In this document: piece after piece, positions 39,647 to 53,511 of the stretch | Layout of the letters: every line of letters begins with the position of its first letter | Numbering within the stretch: position 1 is the first letter of the stretch | NCBI GenBank assembly: GCA_951406725.2 | Contig: OX597826.1 | Coordinates: 61,194,001 to 61,258,000, forward strand | Length of the DNA stretch: 64,000 nucleotides | Direction of reading: 5' to 3' | DNA from: Octopus vulgaris | Taxonomy: Eukaryota | Notes under the pieces: model-generated | The model's input: only the letters and a program-made list of their open reading frames with translations | Databases searched by the model: none | What the model was told of the DNA's origin: nothing | Program-made: the position numbers and the translations under genes

Positions 39647-39865
39647 TGGTGAGCTGGCAGAAACGTTAGCACACCGGGCAAAATGCGTAGCCATATTTCA
39701 TCTGCTGTTACGTTCTGAGTTCAAATTCCGCCGAGGTCGACTTTGCCTTTCATCCTTTCGGGGTCGATAAATCAAGTACCAGTTATGCACTGGGGTTGAT
39801 GTAATCGACTTAATCCGTCTGTCTGTCCCCTCTATGTTTAGCCCCTTGTGGATAATAAAGAAACA
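39647..39865 (+). mobile_element. tRNA-derived SINE with Meta-like domain (family C), 12-bp TSD
   Basis: gcctttcatcctttcggggtcgataaa...agtaccag core; TSD gatattggggag at 39635-39646 and 39866-39877. Confidence 0.88.
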
Positions 39866-42194
39866 GATATTGGGGAGGAGCTAACGCTGAAACAAGGGGT
39901 GTAGAGGAGATGACACTAAAACACTAAGGATGAGTAACAGTGAAGCAGAGTAGGATGTAACACAGGAATGGGGTGGAATGGGTGAGGTGACACTAAAATG
40001 AGGCAAATGGAATGACACTGAAACAAACGAAGGGTGACATTGACAACAAAGAGGTGGTGACACTGAAATAAGGGGAAAGAGAGACAAAGAAAATAGTTGC
40101 AAGAGTACTGTGTAACAATCTAGGGTGACAGGCAGTGGTAGACTGACTACTAGCATCTTGAGGCACATTTATGTGCAATCCACCTAATGCTACAGACGAA
40201 TAACAGTGGACTTAGATTTAGGGTTTGAATAAGGATCAGCTACAGGTGTGGTTTCATAATTATGAATTTAGGTATGTATATATGTGTATGTGTGTAAATA
40301 TATATGTATGTGACTTTAGATGTGTATATATCAAAACTTAGATAAACTTAGATATGTTTCGACCAAAGATTGGTCCAGGCCATGTCTAACTTAATAGCAC
40401 CACCTGATAGGATTATCTAAATCCTGTTTAAGTCAAGTTTTGTTTATGGTCCATTCAAGTAGTGAGTTTTTGTCGGGTGAGTTGTATCCAATTATGGGTG
40501 GCTTATCTGGTATTCCTTGAAGGAATCTATCCAGACTCCGTTTAAAGTTGATGGGATCCTTTTCCTCTTTGATCTCTTTTGGGACAATGTTAAATAGGGC
40601 AGGGCCTGTTGAGGAAAAGAAATTATGTTGCAGTGTACATATATGCTGTGATCTTGAATTGGGCAGGGGACGTATGGCATCTATTTACTTATCACTTAAG
40701 ATGTGTATGTGACTTTAGATATGTGTATATATGTTATGATCTCATGTGCATGTATACATCCATGTACATTTGTATGGGTGTGTGTGTATATATATATATA
40801 TATCCATGTATGTATGAGTGTTTGTGCATGAGTGGGTGTATTTGGTGATTTGTTTAATATCTGTTTTTACATGTCAACAGGTATTTGGATGTGGAGCTTT
40901 TTGAAGTGGCATTTTACAGCCGGATTCTCTTGCTGTCACTTGTTCAAATAAGGGATTCTTTTTTTTTTTATTCCAGATGTCTTCGAGAGAGTTGAGTACC
41001 TAGTGATAATGTCAACAAAGTATGCCAACACCCTCACTGCTTCACTTAAGTGGTAACAAGCATGGAACATCCAATCATTGTGCACATTCACACGCGCGTG
41101 CACATGTGTGTGTGTGTTTGTGCGTATGTGTAATGGGCTTCCTGCAGTTTCTATTCTACTAGATTTCATCACAAGGCACTAGTTGACCTGAGGCGAAAGT
41201 CGAGGTCCCGCACAACAAGACTGAACTTAAAACCACATGATTAACTACACAACCATGCCTGTACCTATTATATATATATATATAATATATTATATATATA
41301 ACGGCGGTGCATTAGCATGGCCGCAGCTCTTAGCTGAAACCAGAGAAAAAAAAAATAATATATATATATATATAATCATCATTCAACATCCATTGTCCAT
41401 GCTGGCATGGGTTGAACAGTTTGACTGAGGGCTGGCAAGCCAGAAGGCTGTACCAGGTTCCAATCTGACGTGGCAAGGTTTCTACAGCTGGATGCCCTTC
41501 CTAACGCCAACCACTCCGAGAGTGTAGTGGGTGCTTTTTACATGCCAACAGCATGAGGGCCAGTCAGATAGTACTGGCATCAACCCTGCTTGAATGGTGC
41601 TTTTTACATTCCACAAGCACGGGAGCCAGTCAAGGGGCAGTGGCAATGACCACATTTGAATGGTGCTTTTTACATGCCCCTATGTGTATATATATATATA
41701 TAAGACTTGTGGTGTGTGCACATGTTTATCATATGACTTTCCTACAATTAATTAAGCTCTGGTCAGTCTAATAACATAGGCCCTTCACCAACCACTAAAT
41801 TTATAAATTTATAAGCATCATATTTATGACAATAATATCAGTACATGTTCCCACCTTCTATCTTTCACTGAACTACAATTAATGATGTTTCGTCAATGTA
41901 ACTGTTTTAAGTCCCAATTTTGATATATGTCATGAAATCTCATGGAAACTAAAAAGTGTGAAATAAACATTAAGGTTTAAAAGACACCAGTCTATTACCA
42001 AAAACTGAGTCTTTGAATTCATTTAACCTATATGCCTGTTATATCGTGTTAAATAACATTGGAACTTCCTGTAACAGCAGAAAGGCTTTGAATAGTGACC
42101 AACCAGAGAAATATTTTATAAAACATTTTTTGTTGGTGAAAAATGAGGTGAGACATTGCAGGAGAGATGTAATAGCTGTTTCTACAAGCAAAAT

Positions 42195-42226
<32 letters not shown>

Positions 42227-42293
42227 TACATATATATATACATATATATATATACACACATATATATACACATATATATATACATCTATATAC

Positions 42294-42344
<51 letters not shown>

Positions 42345-42675
42345 GAAACCTGTAGCTGACCTCAATGTGAGAGGACATATCATTGATGAGGTCGCAAATA
42401 AGGATGAAAGGACTCTGATAGACATGACTGATTGATTAACCGAATAATTAATCAAACAACCAATTAGTTAATTGATCAAAACAGTTAATCAAATGACAAA
42501 TAATAAAGAAGCAGTGCATGTGTGTGTCAGTGACATAATGACCCTCCAGGGATACAACAAAAAAAAAAAAACTAAAACTGTTGCTCCAAGTCAGGAAATG
42601 CAAAATTGTTTCTGCTGTCTTAATTATTGTTTGCTCGTTAAAACTAACTAACAATGCGTGTGTGTGTCTGTGTGT

Positions 42676-42713
<38 letters not shown>

Positions 42714-42766
42714 ATGAAAATAACAGCAGAATATATAAAGGATGAGTGAATGTAAAAAATAGAAAC

Positions 42767-42820
42767 CTGTAGGTCCAAATGAGAACATCCGTGCAGGCCA
42801 GCTTGAGCTACGACCAAAAC
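42767..42820 (-). CDS. MYCBP2: Candidate 54-nt cassette exon GFGRSSSWPARMFSFGPT
   Basis: ttttgttgctccttag acceptor, CAG|gtttct donor, symmetric phase 1, open frame. Confidence 0.55.
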
Positions 42821-42907
42821 CTAAGGAGCAACAAAATATACAGTTTATAAAATATCTGAAGTGTATGCTCATGTGTATGTATGTATGTATGTGTATAGTA
42901 TCAGTTT

Positions 42908-42939
<32 letters not shown>

Positions 42940-43265
42940 GGTATGGTATATGCAAATGCTTTATATGTGTGTATGTGTGTTTATACACAAACATCTCAAT
43001 ATGTGCATGTATGTGTATGATATAGGCATATGCATTGTGTGTGTGCGTATGTATGTGTATACACAAATATCTTTAAAGAGAGCGAAATAAATTCATGTAA
43101 ATATTGCCCCGCTCACATCCCAAAATTATAATAAAAGAAAAAAAAATTACCAAGGTCAAGAGGTCAGAAAATTTTTTTTAAAAAAAGAGAGAGGGAGGGA
43201 GTAAGATATATAGAGAGAGTGAGACAGAAAGAGAGAGACAGACAAAACAAATAATGATTTATTAC

Positions 43266-43533
43266 CATCACTTTTCTGGCCAAACATCGGTAAAGTGTTG
43301 TACTGGGCCATGGAAAAGTCGAATCCTTTAGCAGAATTGGTGGGGAAGGTATTGAATGTGAAAGGGTTTCTTCTGCCAAAGCTTTCGTTGAAGGATAAAT
43401 TGGCTTCATGTTCCAAGTAGACTATGTCGTCGCGATCACGAGCCAGTGACCAGGCTTCTCTTTCTGTTAGATGACAATAGTGGGATATGCTGTCAGTGTC
43501 CAGCTTTACCCAAGTGCCATCATGGTTTGTGGT
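43266..43533 (-). CDS. MYCBP2: MYCBP2 exon: TTNHDGTWVKLD...EAWSLARDRDDIVYLEHE...SAKGFDFS...QKSD
   Basis: Matches EGTWVQLD...EAWSLARD...YLRHE and SAQGFDY; phase 0 to 1. Confidence 0.95.
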
Positions 43534-43574
43534 CTGTCAAAAACAAAAAGAAAAAATATCATTTACAACGTTGC

Positions 43575-43606
<32 letters not shown>

Positions 43607-43958
43607 GTTTCAAATTTTGGCACAGGCCAGCAGTTTTTGAGGGAAGAGGAAAGTCAATTACATCAACCGCAGTACATCAACAACAGCAATTTGACTGTTA
43701 CTTATTTTTGTTATCAAGATTGGTGCAAAGTAAGACAGGTGTGTGTTTTGACCATCTCTGCACTACTATTTCGTCATCTATCATATCTTAAAAAAAAAAT
43801 TTTTTTTTAAATCTATCATATCTTAATAATACGACTAGAGACTTTATGGTGAACAGCAAACTGGCAAAATCATCAGGGCATCTAACAAACCAAGACATAG
43901 TAGAGGTGGTGGAAGATTTGACTAAGAAAATATGTTGGCAATACTGTTAGAAGTAGAA

Positions 43959-44376
43959 AGGTGGTGAGCTGGCAGAAAAGTTAGCACGCCAGGCGAAACA
44001 ATTATCAGTATTTTGTCTGCCACTATATTCTGAGTTCAAAATCCACCGAGGTCAACTTTGCCTTTCATCCTTTCGGGTTCGATAAATTATGTACCAGTTA
44101 CACACTGGGGTCGATGTAATCGACTTAATCCATTTGTCTGCCCTTGTTTGTCCTCGCTGTGTTTAGCCCCTTGTGGGTAGTAAAGAAATAGGTATTTCAT
44201 CTGGCGCTATGTTCTGAGTTCAAATTCCGCTGAGGCCGACTTTGCCTTTCATTCCTTTGGGGTTCGTAAAATTAAGTACCAGTTATGCACTGGGGTCGAT
44301 GTAATCGACTTAATCCCTTTGTCTGTCCTTGTTTGTCCCCTCTATGTTTGGCCCGTTGTGGGCAATAAAGAAATAA
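43959..44376 (+). mobile_element. Family C SINE tandem dimer
   Basis: Full monomer followed by a 5'-truncated second monomer. Confidence 0.85.
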
Positions 44377-44455
44377 GAAATAGTGGTTTGTATTATTCAT
44401 TAGTAGCAGTAAATTATATAAGTGGTGGTGGTACAAAAGGTCAAACAGTACTTAC

Positions 44456-44583
44456 ATCCTCTGTTGCTGTGAGCTGGTTACCTAGAACTAACATTCCTAT
44501 TGGTGTGGCTTTCTTACTCGGCCGACATCTAATGTTGTGGCCTGAAGAGCCACATTTGACCACCTGATAGCCACCAGGTCCAC
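44456..44583 (-). CDS. MYCBP2: MYCBP2 exon: GGPGGYQVVKCGSSGHNIRCRPSKKATPIGMLVLGNQLTATED
   Basis: Matches GGPGMYKVVKTGPSGHNIRSCPNLRGIPIGMLVLGN; phase 1 to 0. Confidence 0.97.
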
Positions 44584-45061
44584 CTGAAATGACAACAACA
44601 CAAGTTTACAACTGAGAGCCAATGTAAATCTTTTACTCCCGTTTTCACACACACTCAAACTATACAATAAACTTAGGAAGCAGATATCTCTTGGAGTTAA
44701 TCCTACAATATCTCTGACATCTGTGTCATGTTTAAGGTGTTACTTTTAGCCAACATACCATATTTGGTAATAACAGCATGCAGTAAACTGCCTATGCAGG
44801 CAGGTAAACAAATCTGACATTTATTTCAGCCAGTCATATTTTGTGGTGGCTGTTATAAGATGTTGGCTAACTTTAAGGGTTTCTTTCTATTCTCATACCA
44901 AATGCAAAAAAAAAAATTTTTTAACATTTCATTCATCATTTTTTCTTATAACTATCCATCAATTTGGTTCTCTCATCATAGCTGTCTTAGAGAAATTGGA
45001 AGTTTTGCTCTACAGCAGGCTGTTGAAAGGCATTTGCTTACCTCTCATTTGCTATCATTCC

Positions 45062-45466
45062 CTCTTTACTCTTTTACTCTTTTACTTGTTTCAGTCATTT
45101 GACTGCGGCCATGCTGGAGCACTGCCTTTAGTCGAGCAACTCGACCCCGGGACTTATTCTTTGTAAGCCCAGTACTTATTCTATCGGTCTCTTTTGCCGA
45201 ACCGCTAAGTGACGGGGACGTAAACACACCAGCATCAGTTGTCAAGCAATGCTAGGGGGACAAACACACACACATATACATATATATATATATACATATA
45301 TACGACAGGCTTCTTTCAGTTTCCGTCTACCAAATCCACTCACAAGGCATTGGTCGGCCCGGGGCTATAGCAGAAGACACTTGCCCAAGATGCCACGCAG
45401 TGGGACTGAACCCGGAACCATGTGGTTGGTTAGCAAGCTACTTACCACACAGCCACTCCTGCGCCT
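45062..45466 (-). mobile_element. Family B SINE
   Basis: Almost identical to 4664-5062. Confidence 0.88.
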
Positions 45467-47376
45467 TTCATTTCTCTTTCACATACAAGCTATGGAAAAC
45501 AGCAACACATTATATTTTGCAGATATACAACTCGTACATCTTTCTGTTCCCACACATGCATACAGCATAAGATAATACTTTATCATCATTTAACATCCAC
45601 TTTTCTGAACATGTATGGGTCAGATGGAATTAGCTGAACTAGATCTTCTACAGCCAGATGCCCTTCCAGTCACCACCCCTCAGTAACATTTCCCCCATGG
45701 TCAGACATGTTTTTCACAGAAGACTGGAAATGAAAGACCTTGCTTGTATAAAACAATGATGTTTGTTTACAACCACTTTATGATGTCTAGACACGGGTAA
45801 ACACAAACACACACAAATGGGTTTATGTGTGTGTATATATATATCATTATCGTTGTTTAATGTCCACTTTCCATGCTAGCATGGGTTGGACGATTTGACT
45901 GAAAACTGGTAAGCCGGGGAGCTGCACAAGGTTCTGATCCGATTTGGCAAGATTTCTACAGCTGGATGCCCTTCATAATGCCAACCACTCCAAGAGTGTA
46001 GTGGGTGCTTTTTACATACCACCAGCATAGGTGCCACTGATGTGACAATAGCATCAGCCACAACTATATCATGCTTGAACGGCGCATTTTACATGCTACC
46101 AGCATGCATGCCACTGACTATCATCATCATCATCATTGTAACATGTTTTCTGGGTTGGACTTTGTGTGTGTGTGTATGTGTGTGTGTCTGTAAAAGTGAG
46201 TTTGGAGAGACGTATTATCCGGGCGGATACCATTTTAGCTCTCAGGTAAGTTCCAGTTAACAGCTAACCACAATGATCAGTATTTAACGTCTGTGACTAT
46301 AATTTGTTCTTAGTAACTCAATGAATTCTTCCGATGGGTAATTCCATGAACTCTTTACTGAACAATACAAATTGTCTGGAGTATATATTAATATTAATAA
46401 TAAAGAGTATAGAGACTTGTATTTGGTAGATGTAAGTAAATTAAATTATGTGGATGTACAGGTCACCATACTCTTTGTTCTTGTTAATATATATATATTT
46501 TCCAAGAGGTTCACTTTATGATCATCTCAAATAACTGTTTCTCTGACCTAATCTAACAGCTTTTTGATAGTCAAGTAATGGCAATATGTTGATTTGATAA
46601 TTCATCTCTTTCTTCACAGTATTCTTTTCTTCATTACATTTGGTAACATAACAATTTGCTTCCAGTTACCATTTGTAATTCTTTGTTTTATTTGATGCCC
46701 CATAAATATAGGCTCATCAACTCTTTACATTGTACACATATGAAATGTAGTCTTGGATGAGTGGTTAAGAAGCTTGCTTCCCGACCATACGATCTTGGAT
46801 TCAGTACCTCTGCATGGCACCTTGATCAAGTGTTCCCCACTATAGCCTCAGGCCTACAAAAGCCCTGTGAGAAGACTTAGCAGATGGAAACTGAAAGAAG
46901 CTTGCTGTGTGTAGATATGTATGTGTACATGTACTCTTGTCATTAAATCACATGATGGCTGCAAACACAAATAATGCTGTTCGTCTCCTGTCTTCCATAG
47001 GAAAACATCCCTGGTCATGGGAAACTTTACCTCAACTGGAAACAAGCAAGGTTTCGAAATAGGAAGGGCATCCAACCGTAGAAAATGTGCCTCGACAAAT
47101 AACATTTTAACCATGGAAACATGGATGTTGATTGATGATGATATACATAAGCATACTTACATAAACATTCATGAACATACATACATAAACACACAAGCCT
47201 TGCTGCCATAAAATAAAAAGACATCTCGGGTAATATAGTCCAGTATAGTGATTGGTCAGATTCGGAAAGCCATTGATCATGGGATCAGCTCAATTTGAGC
47301 CAAACTACTAGCAACAACAATATCAGTAATAAAAACAACAACAAAAATCAGTCAAAATTAAAATAATGACAACAAC

Positions 47377-47602
47377 CTTTACGAATTCTGGATTCTTGCA
47401 CAAATTCTGGTATTTTCCTCAGCAAAGTTTCTTTGATAATTTCATCAAGAATGGATTTTGGTTCTTCAATGGGAATAAGCAGAGTTTTACCAAGATGTTG
47501 GTTATACTGCAGACACCAGGCTTCAGTGAAGCCATTCACACCACACCATTCTTTTATGCTCTCCCCACTAAGTCTCACCCAGACACCATCGTCATTGTGA
47601 AT
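47377..47602 (-). CDS. MYCBP2: MYCBP2 exon: IHNDDGVWVRLS...TEAWCLQYNQHLGKTLLIPIEE...ESRIRK
   Basis: Matches IHNDDGVWLRL...TEAWCLSFNQHLGKSLLVP; donor could end the exon at 47377 or 47383 (both phase 1). Confidence 0.95.
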
Positions 47603-48094
47603 CTGTAACAACAAGAACAACAGGTAGATTAGTGCAAACTTGATAAACTATTGTTGTGTGTGTATAAAAACACAATGTGAGTGCATGTACAAGCATGTGT
47701 GTGAGCATCTTTTACCTGTCTTTAGTCATTGGAGCATCACCTTTAAGGGTTTTAGTCTGACAGATTGACCCTAGGACTTATTTCTTTTTCGAAGCAGAGT
47801 ACTTATTGTATCAGTGTCATTTACCAAGCCATTAAGTTACGGGGATGTAAACACACCACCACCAGTTGTCAAGTGGTTGTGTGGGGACAAACAAAGACAC
47901 ACACACGAATATATATATGGCTTCTCTTTGCAAATACTGATAGAGCACAGAAAGTGTGTCAATAGCCAGCTGGAGGAGGTGTCCTCCCGGGGCTACAAGC
48001 TACAGTAGCATCCACCCTTAAGGGTTAACCATATTTAAGTAGCAAATATACTTCACGATATTGTGCAGCTCTGTTTATACCACGCTCGGAGATT

Positions 48095-48140
<46 letters not shown>

Positions 48141-48948
48141 CAGGCTTATTTCAGTTTCCATCTACCAAATCCACTTACAAGGCTTTGGTCGGCCTAAGGC
48201 TATAGTTGAAGACACTGACCCAAGATGCCATGCAGTGGGACTGAACCTGGAACCATGTGGTTGGAAGCAAGCTTTCTACCACACAGCCACGTCTGTGCCA
48301 ATTTAAAAATATATAGAATGTTACACAAATTTGCATGTCATCCTTGCCCAGGGCCCACACTAATCTTCTCTGTATTGTTCCGATTTTAGTTACATGTACT
48401 GCTGAAGCAAGAATGTGTACATAAATACAATGTGAGTGTCAGTTTATATACATCAGTACAATATTCAAGGCTTCATGCAATACAGAGTTAACCTTAAATG
48501 AATGTCATGTGTTACAGGTGGCAGAGATCTTCCAACAGATAATTAATTGATAACTAAACTGATTTTTAATATTACTACAATTACGTATGGCCACATTGAT
48601 TCTTCATCCATCTCCATGTTGGGCATGGAGCCGTGAAAACAACAACTGTTAGGAGAATTGTGCTGATTTGAATATGAAGCTGTGAAAACAGCTATGAGAG
48701 AGAAATTCCCCAAAGATCAATTCAACGAAATCCGAATTCTGTTTTTTTCCTTTTTCTCATGCTAAAAGCCACTGTATTAAAAGCCTCCAGCGAAAGAAGG
48801 TTCTAGTGATTATTGCATGAACAAATGGTTCTGACTGGTTGAAATGGGGTCTTCATGCATCATAAACTCACGGTTCACACGTCATTGAAAATGGAGTTGA
48901 AAACAACTGCCATATGTGTATAATGATACTGTGTGTGAGTATGGGTAT

Positions 48949-49280
48949 AAGGTACATGGCTCAGTGGTTAGAGTGTCAAGCTTACAATCACGAGGTTGTG
49001 AGTTCAATTTCCAAACTGGGTTGTGTGTTGTGTTCTTGAGCAAGACACTATTTCACAGTGATCTAGTTCACTCATCTGTAGAAATGAGATGCAACGTCAC
49101 TGGTGCCAAGCTGCATCAGCTTTTGCCTTTCCCTTAGACAACATCTGTGGCATGGAGATGGGAGGCTGGTATGCATGGGCAACTGTTGGTCGTCCATAAA
49201 CAACCTTGCTCTGACTTGTGCCTAGGAGGGGAACTTTCTAAGTGCAATCCCATGGCCATTCGTGACCGAAGGGAGTCTTT
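48949..49280 (+). mobile_element. tRNA-derived SINE (family E); copies at 56038-56356 and partial 25768-25950(-)
   Basis: tggctcagtggtt A box, gagttcaat B box, CORE-like cttgagcaagacact segment, shared 3' body. Confidence 0.75.
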
Positions 49281-49758
49281 ATTCCTTTTGCTCCAGGTGA
49301 ATATAGAGTACATAATCAATTTGCACAAAATAGCAAAATGAGCTAACTGGACATTCAGCCCGTTTTGGCAACAGTTCTTCTTTTGATGCTGGAGGATGGA
49401 TACACAAACACATGCATGCAGAGAAATATACACATGAGGAGGGAGGAGGGAGAGTGAGAAAGTGAGAAACATTAAGAGGTCTGATGTCAATAAGTGTAGA
49501 ATCATCAATGCCAAACAGCTGGCATCAAGACAGCTGTGCCTCAACATCCCATACCTTCAAAATAGACATACTCCATTCAAATCACATAAGTCTTCAAAAC
49601 AGAATATCAGACTGAATAATATAGTCCAAGACACACTAAATCTATTCATGATATGGAATGATCATGGCTAGAATCTCATCCAGTATCTATTCAGTTAAGT
49701 TTGACCTGGGGTTAAACAACAACGCAACAAAGAAGAAAAAGATCACAGAATCCTTTAC

Positions 49759-49875
49759 CTCATCTACAAAAGAAATGGTTCCATCAGGCTTGATAGTTCC
49801 TATCTGCTCACTTTGTAGAGATGGGTTGATACGAATACGAAGACCTGAGCTGTTTTTCCCAACAAATCGACGCAT
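49759..49875 (-). CDS. MYCBP2: MYCBP2 exon: MRRFVGKNSSGLRIRINPSLQSEQIGTIKPDGTISFVDE
   Basis: Matches GLRIRSHPSLQSEQIG; phase 0 to 0. Confidence 0.97.
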
Positions 49876-51071
49876 CTGTAAGAAAAAATACAAACAATTT
49901 TTTACAGAAAATGCCAAGAAATTTTTTTTTATTACTATTATTAGTATTATCATTAAGGTGGCGAGCTGTTAGAATCGTTAGCATGCTGGATAAAATGCTT
50001 AATGGTATTTCGCCTGCCGCCACATTCTGTGTTCAAACTCCACCAAGGTCAACTTTGCCTTTCATCTTTTCAGGGTCAATAAATTAAGTACCAGTGTAAC
50101 ACTGGAGTCGATGTAATGGACTAGTCCCCTAACCTTAAATTTCAGGCTTTGCGCCTATAGTAGAAAGGATTATTACTACTACTACTATATTATGATAACT
50201 ACTACTACTACATTATTATAGCTTTGTTTTATATGAGCTGTTCTAAATCTCTCACAGAAACCTCAAGTCATAGCAAGTTGAATATTTTACAATTAGTGTT
50301 AATTATGATCAGCACTGATATATTGTAGGGAAAGGAGACCAGAATCTGAGAACTAAAATTCTGTTAAATTTGTAATATCTTTAATTTTTAAAGAATTTTA
50401 AGAGAATCAGGGATTTTCAGGTTGACAATGTTTTTCTTAGGATGTAAGCAGTAGCCATGAAAACAATTCTGAAAGATTGAATTTTGTTCTATATTTTGAG
50501 TTAAAAATCCCACCAAAGCTAGTAAAATGATATATTTTCTCCTTGTGATAAATCAAAGGCACTTGGCAAGTCCAAACCAGCCAGTGTCCATCATTGGATA
50601 GAGGGTTCATACTATACTATAAAAACAGGATGATGATAATAACTAGAATGCCTTTGATTACAGCCCAGCTCAACCAAAGCTGACCTGGGGTTAACCTTTG
50701 ACAACAACTTCGCTTTTCCTCATTCTAGGATCAATAACACATGTACCAGTTATATATTGAAAAAGGCTCGACTGACTATACTCCACCCTGTCACCACCCC
50801 AAGTGAGACAGGAAGAAGTAATGAGATTCTGAGTCAGGATCTAATGGCCTCACAGAACAAGACAGCACAGGACTGGAAACAGTTATTACATCAAACTACA
50901 CTCCTGTCCATCCAAGACATAGCAGTAAGGAAAAACCGAAGTCCTAACAATGATGATATCACACAGTAACAAAATGAGACAAATTAGAGGACAAAAATGC
51001 GAAAATTAAAATAAAAAAAGAAAGAAAGAACAAACCAAAGTGTAATGAGAGAAAACCCTTTCACTGCCTAC

Positions 51072-51160
51072 CTTGTTAGGTTGATGTGATTTCTTGCCTG
51101 CCTGTAATGGTGGAGTAACTCCTTGAGGGGGTTCACGGACATCGACTTTGAACGATTCTC
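51072..51160 (-). CDS. MYCBP2: MYCBP2 exon: GESFKVDVREPPQGVTPPLQAGKKSHQPNK
   Basis: Matches EVKVKDPPKGMIPP...QPNK; phase 1 to 0. Confidence 0.93.
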
Positions 51161-51501
51161 CTGCAAGTCGCCAGAAACAAAAGATATGGTTAAAGAAACA
51201 CAGAAAATTATTGTAAGAACTGGTAGGTCAGTGATGGGCAGGGCAAGTATATATCAAACTGGGGACTATAAATAAAACAGGAGCTCACGGGTTGGTGTAC
51301 AAACAGATGATGCAAAGATAAATATTTGAGATTAGAGAACAGCGACCGGATCTGGTAGACGGGGAAACTGAAAGAAGTCCATCATGTGTGTGTGTGTGTG
51401 TGTATAATAATAATATTAGGGAGTATAACTCCAAACTTAAAGGGAAAAATTCAATTTAGTAATAAATCAAATTTCACAATATAAATATATTATATATATG
51501 A

Positions 51502-51668
51502 ATTAGAGAAAAACCACTATTATATAATTCAAACAATGATAGACATAAACCATATCATATAGAAAACAAAATATATTATAAAACATATCTAGATCACATA
51601 TATTTTATTTTTTCTTTATGATTTGGTTATCATTTTTTGAATTACATAATAGTGGTTTTTCTCTAACT
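51502..51668. repeat. Inverted repeat inserted in a family B SINE
   Basis: ttagagaaaaaccactattat / ataatagtggtttttctctaa arms. Confidence 0.8.
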
Positions 51669-51877
51669 GATGCTGGTGTGTTTATGTCCTTGTAATTTTA
51701 GCTGTTCAAAAAAAGGTACCAATAGAAATAGGTACTAAGCTTACAAGGAATAAGTCCTGGGGTCAATTTGTTTAACTAAAATCTTTCAAGGTGGTACTCC
51801 AGCATGACTGCAGTCAAATGAGTGAAACAAGTAAAATAGTAAGAGAGAGAGATGAGGGGAGGGGGTTCTGGTCGTAC

Positions 51878-52049
51878 CTGCATCGAAGCCATCAACTGTA
51901 ACATAGATGTTGTAAAAGCCAACACTGCCTGGGGTCCAGTTACAGTTGTAGGAGCCATCATTACTAGAACGAACTAGCATGTTCTCGCTGGGGCGTGGCA
52001 CAGCCGGGGCCGCGTAACGCAACTCCTCAAATGAATAGTTTTCATACAC
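51878..52049 (-). CDS. MYCBP2: MYCBP2 exon: VYENYSFEELRYAAPAVPRPSENMLVRSSNDGSYNCNWTPGSVGFYNIYVTVDGFDA
   Basis: Near-identical to the VYENYSFEELRF...RPSENML...NWTPG motif; phase 0 to 1. Confidence 0.98.
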
Positions 52050-52099
52050 CTGAAACAGAAACAGAGAAAAAAATGATAGATGGGGTTTTCCCAAAAAAT

Positions 52100-52400
52100 T
52101 AATGATAGATGGGGTTTTTCAACAGGGTGGGGAGGTCAGAGATCTGGGAGTCTCTCCAGGTCAAGTTGCTACTTCTCTACATTGAGAGGTCACACAGCTC
52201 TGGTACTACAGACATGATTAGAATGTCACAGGAAAGAACTGTAAGACAGATTCTTAAAGTGAAGCCAACTGGGAAGAGACTGAAGGATAGACCAAGTCCG
52301 ATACAGTTGGGTAATATCCATAGCTTCAGTTGGTCATACATCCAGAAATTGTAATGACAGTTGCTTCTGATAGGGACCTTACTCAAGAATAGAGGGCGGA
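52100..52400 (+). mobile_element. Old RTE-like LINE RT 3' fragment
   Basis: RSEIWESLQVKLLLLYIERS...RMSQERTVRQIL...PTGKRLKDRP motif. Confidence 0.6.
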
Positions 52401-53511
52401 GAAAATGGAGGAATGGACTCCATAAACTATAGAGAGAGAGAGAGAAAGAAGGGTTCTGTGGTCACTCAATCTGCTACAAATAGCAGCAAAATTTCTCTCA
52501 ACACACCTCAAAGCTTTTAAAAAGAAACATATTTGGATATTGCAATCCTAAATAATACTATGCCTGAAAGAACAATGAGAGAGGGTCATAACTGGAATGT
52601 CTTTGATCATACTTCTGCTCAGTCAAACTATTTCATTTTTGTAATAGTATGAAGTTATGATAGTTATGCCTTTCCCGAATATATTAGGAGTATGTTACAG
52701 TCAGCCATCACCTGCAAGCAAGTAGGGCTTGGTAACATACTTTGCTTTTGCTAATTGTTTTAGGTGCTTATGTAATCACAAGAAGGCACAGGCACTCGCC
52801 ACCCCCCACCCTATCCAGGATGTGATCACTGTAGGTGGGATGGCAGCACCAGCAACCATTTGTACATGTTTACAGCTGAGTAGACTGAAGCAATATAAAA
52901 TGAACTGCCTTCTCACAAAGACACAACATCTACCCAATCTAGGAATTGAACCAATGACCTTAGGGCCATGAGCCAAATCTCCTAACTGCAGGTCAACCTT
53001 CTATAAATACAGTAGAAACAAAAACAAAACCATTTAACGCATCCCATCTTAACACCACATCACATTTAATAAATATCACACTTCAACAAACCTCACATCT
53101 TAACATAACTACTTAAATGTGATTTCATTTTCCTATTGTATCTGAAAGTTTAACAGTACCACACTACCAACCACATGGTTGTAAGTTCAATTTTTACAGT
53201 AGTTATTAAGTTCAAGCAGATGTAGTAGCAGCATATACTTCCTCAGTTTGATAAACTTATGATGCCAACCATATGATGCCAACTACCCCTATCATCCTTA
53301 GGCAGCATTTACAATCTGCCAGAAAAAGCAGCAAAGTACTCCTCAAATCACATGCAACTGTTTTAATGTAGGGGAAGGAAACATTGAATAATGTAGCACT
53401 ACTAGATTTCCTTCAAAAGATGGAACGGTCTGGGTTGACAAGAGTTCATGCAAAGCTAAAGTACAACACAACAACAACAACATGAAAATAAAACAATGAA
53501 GAAAACCATAC

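Noticed and set aside
42104-42181. Possible 78-nt phase-1 exon
   Set aside because: Short pyrimidine tract next to a microsatellite and an intron-like peptide; consistent with chance.
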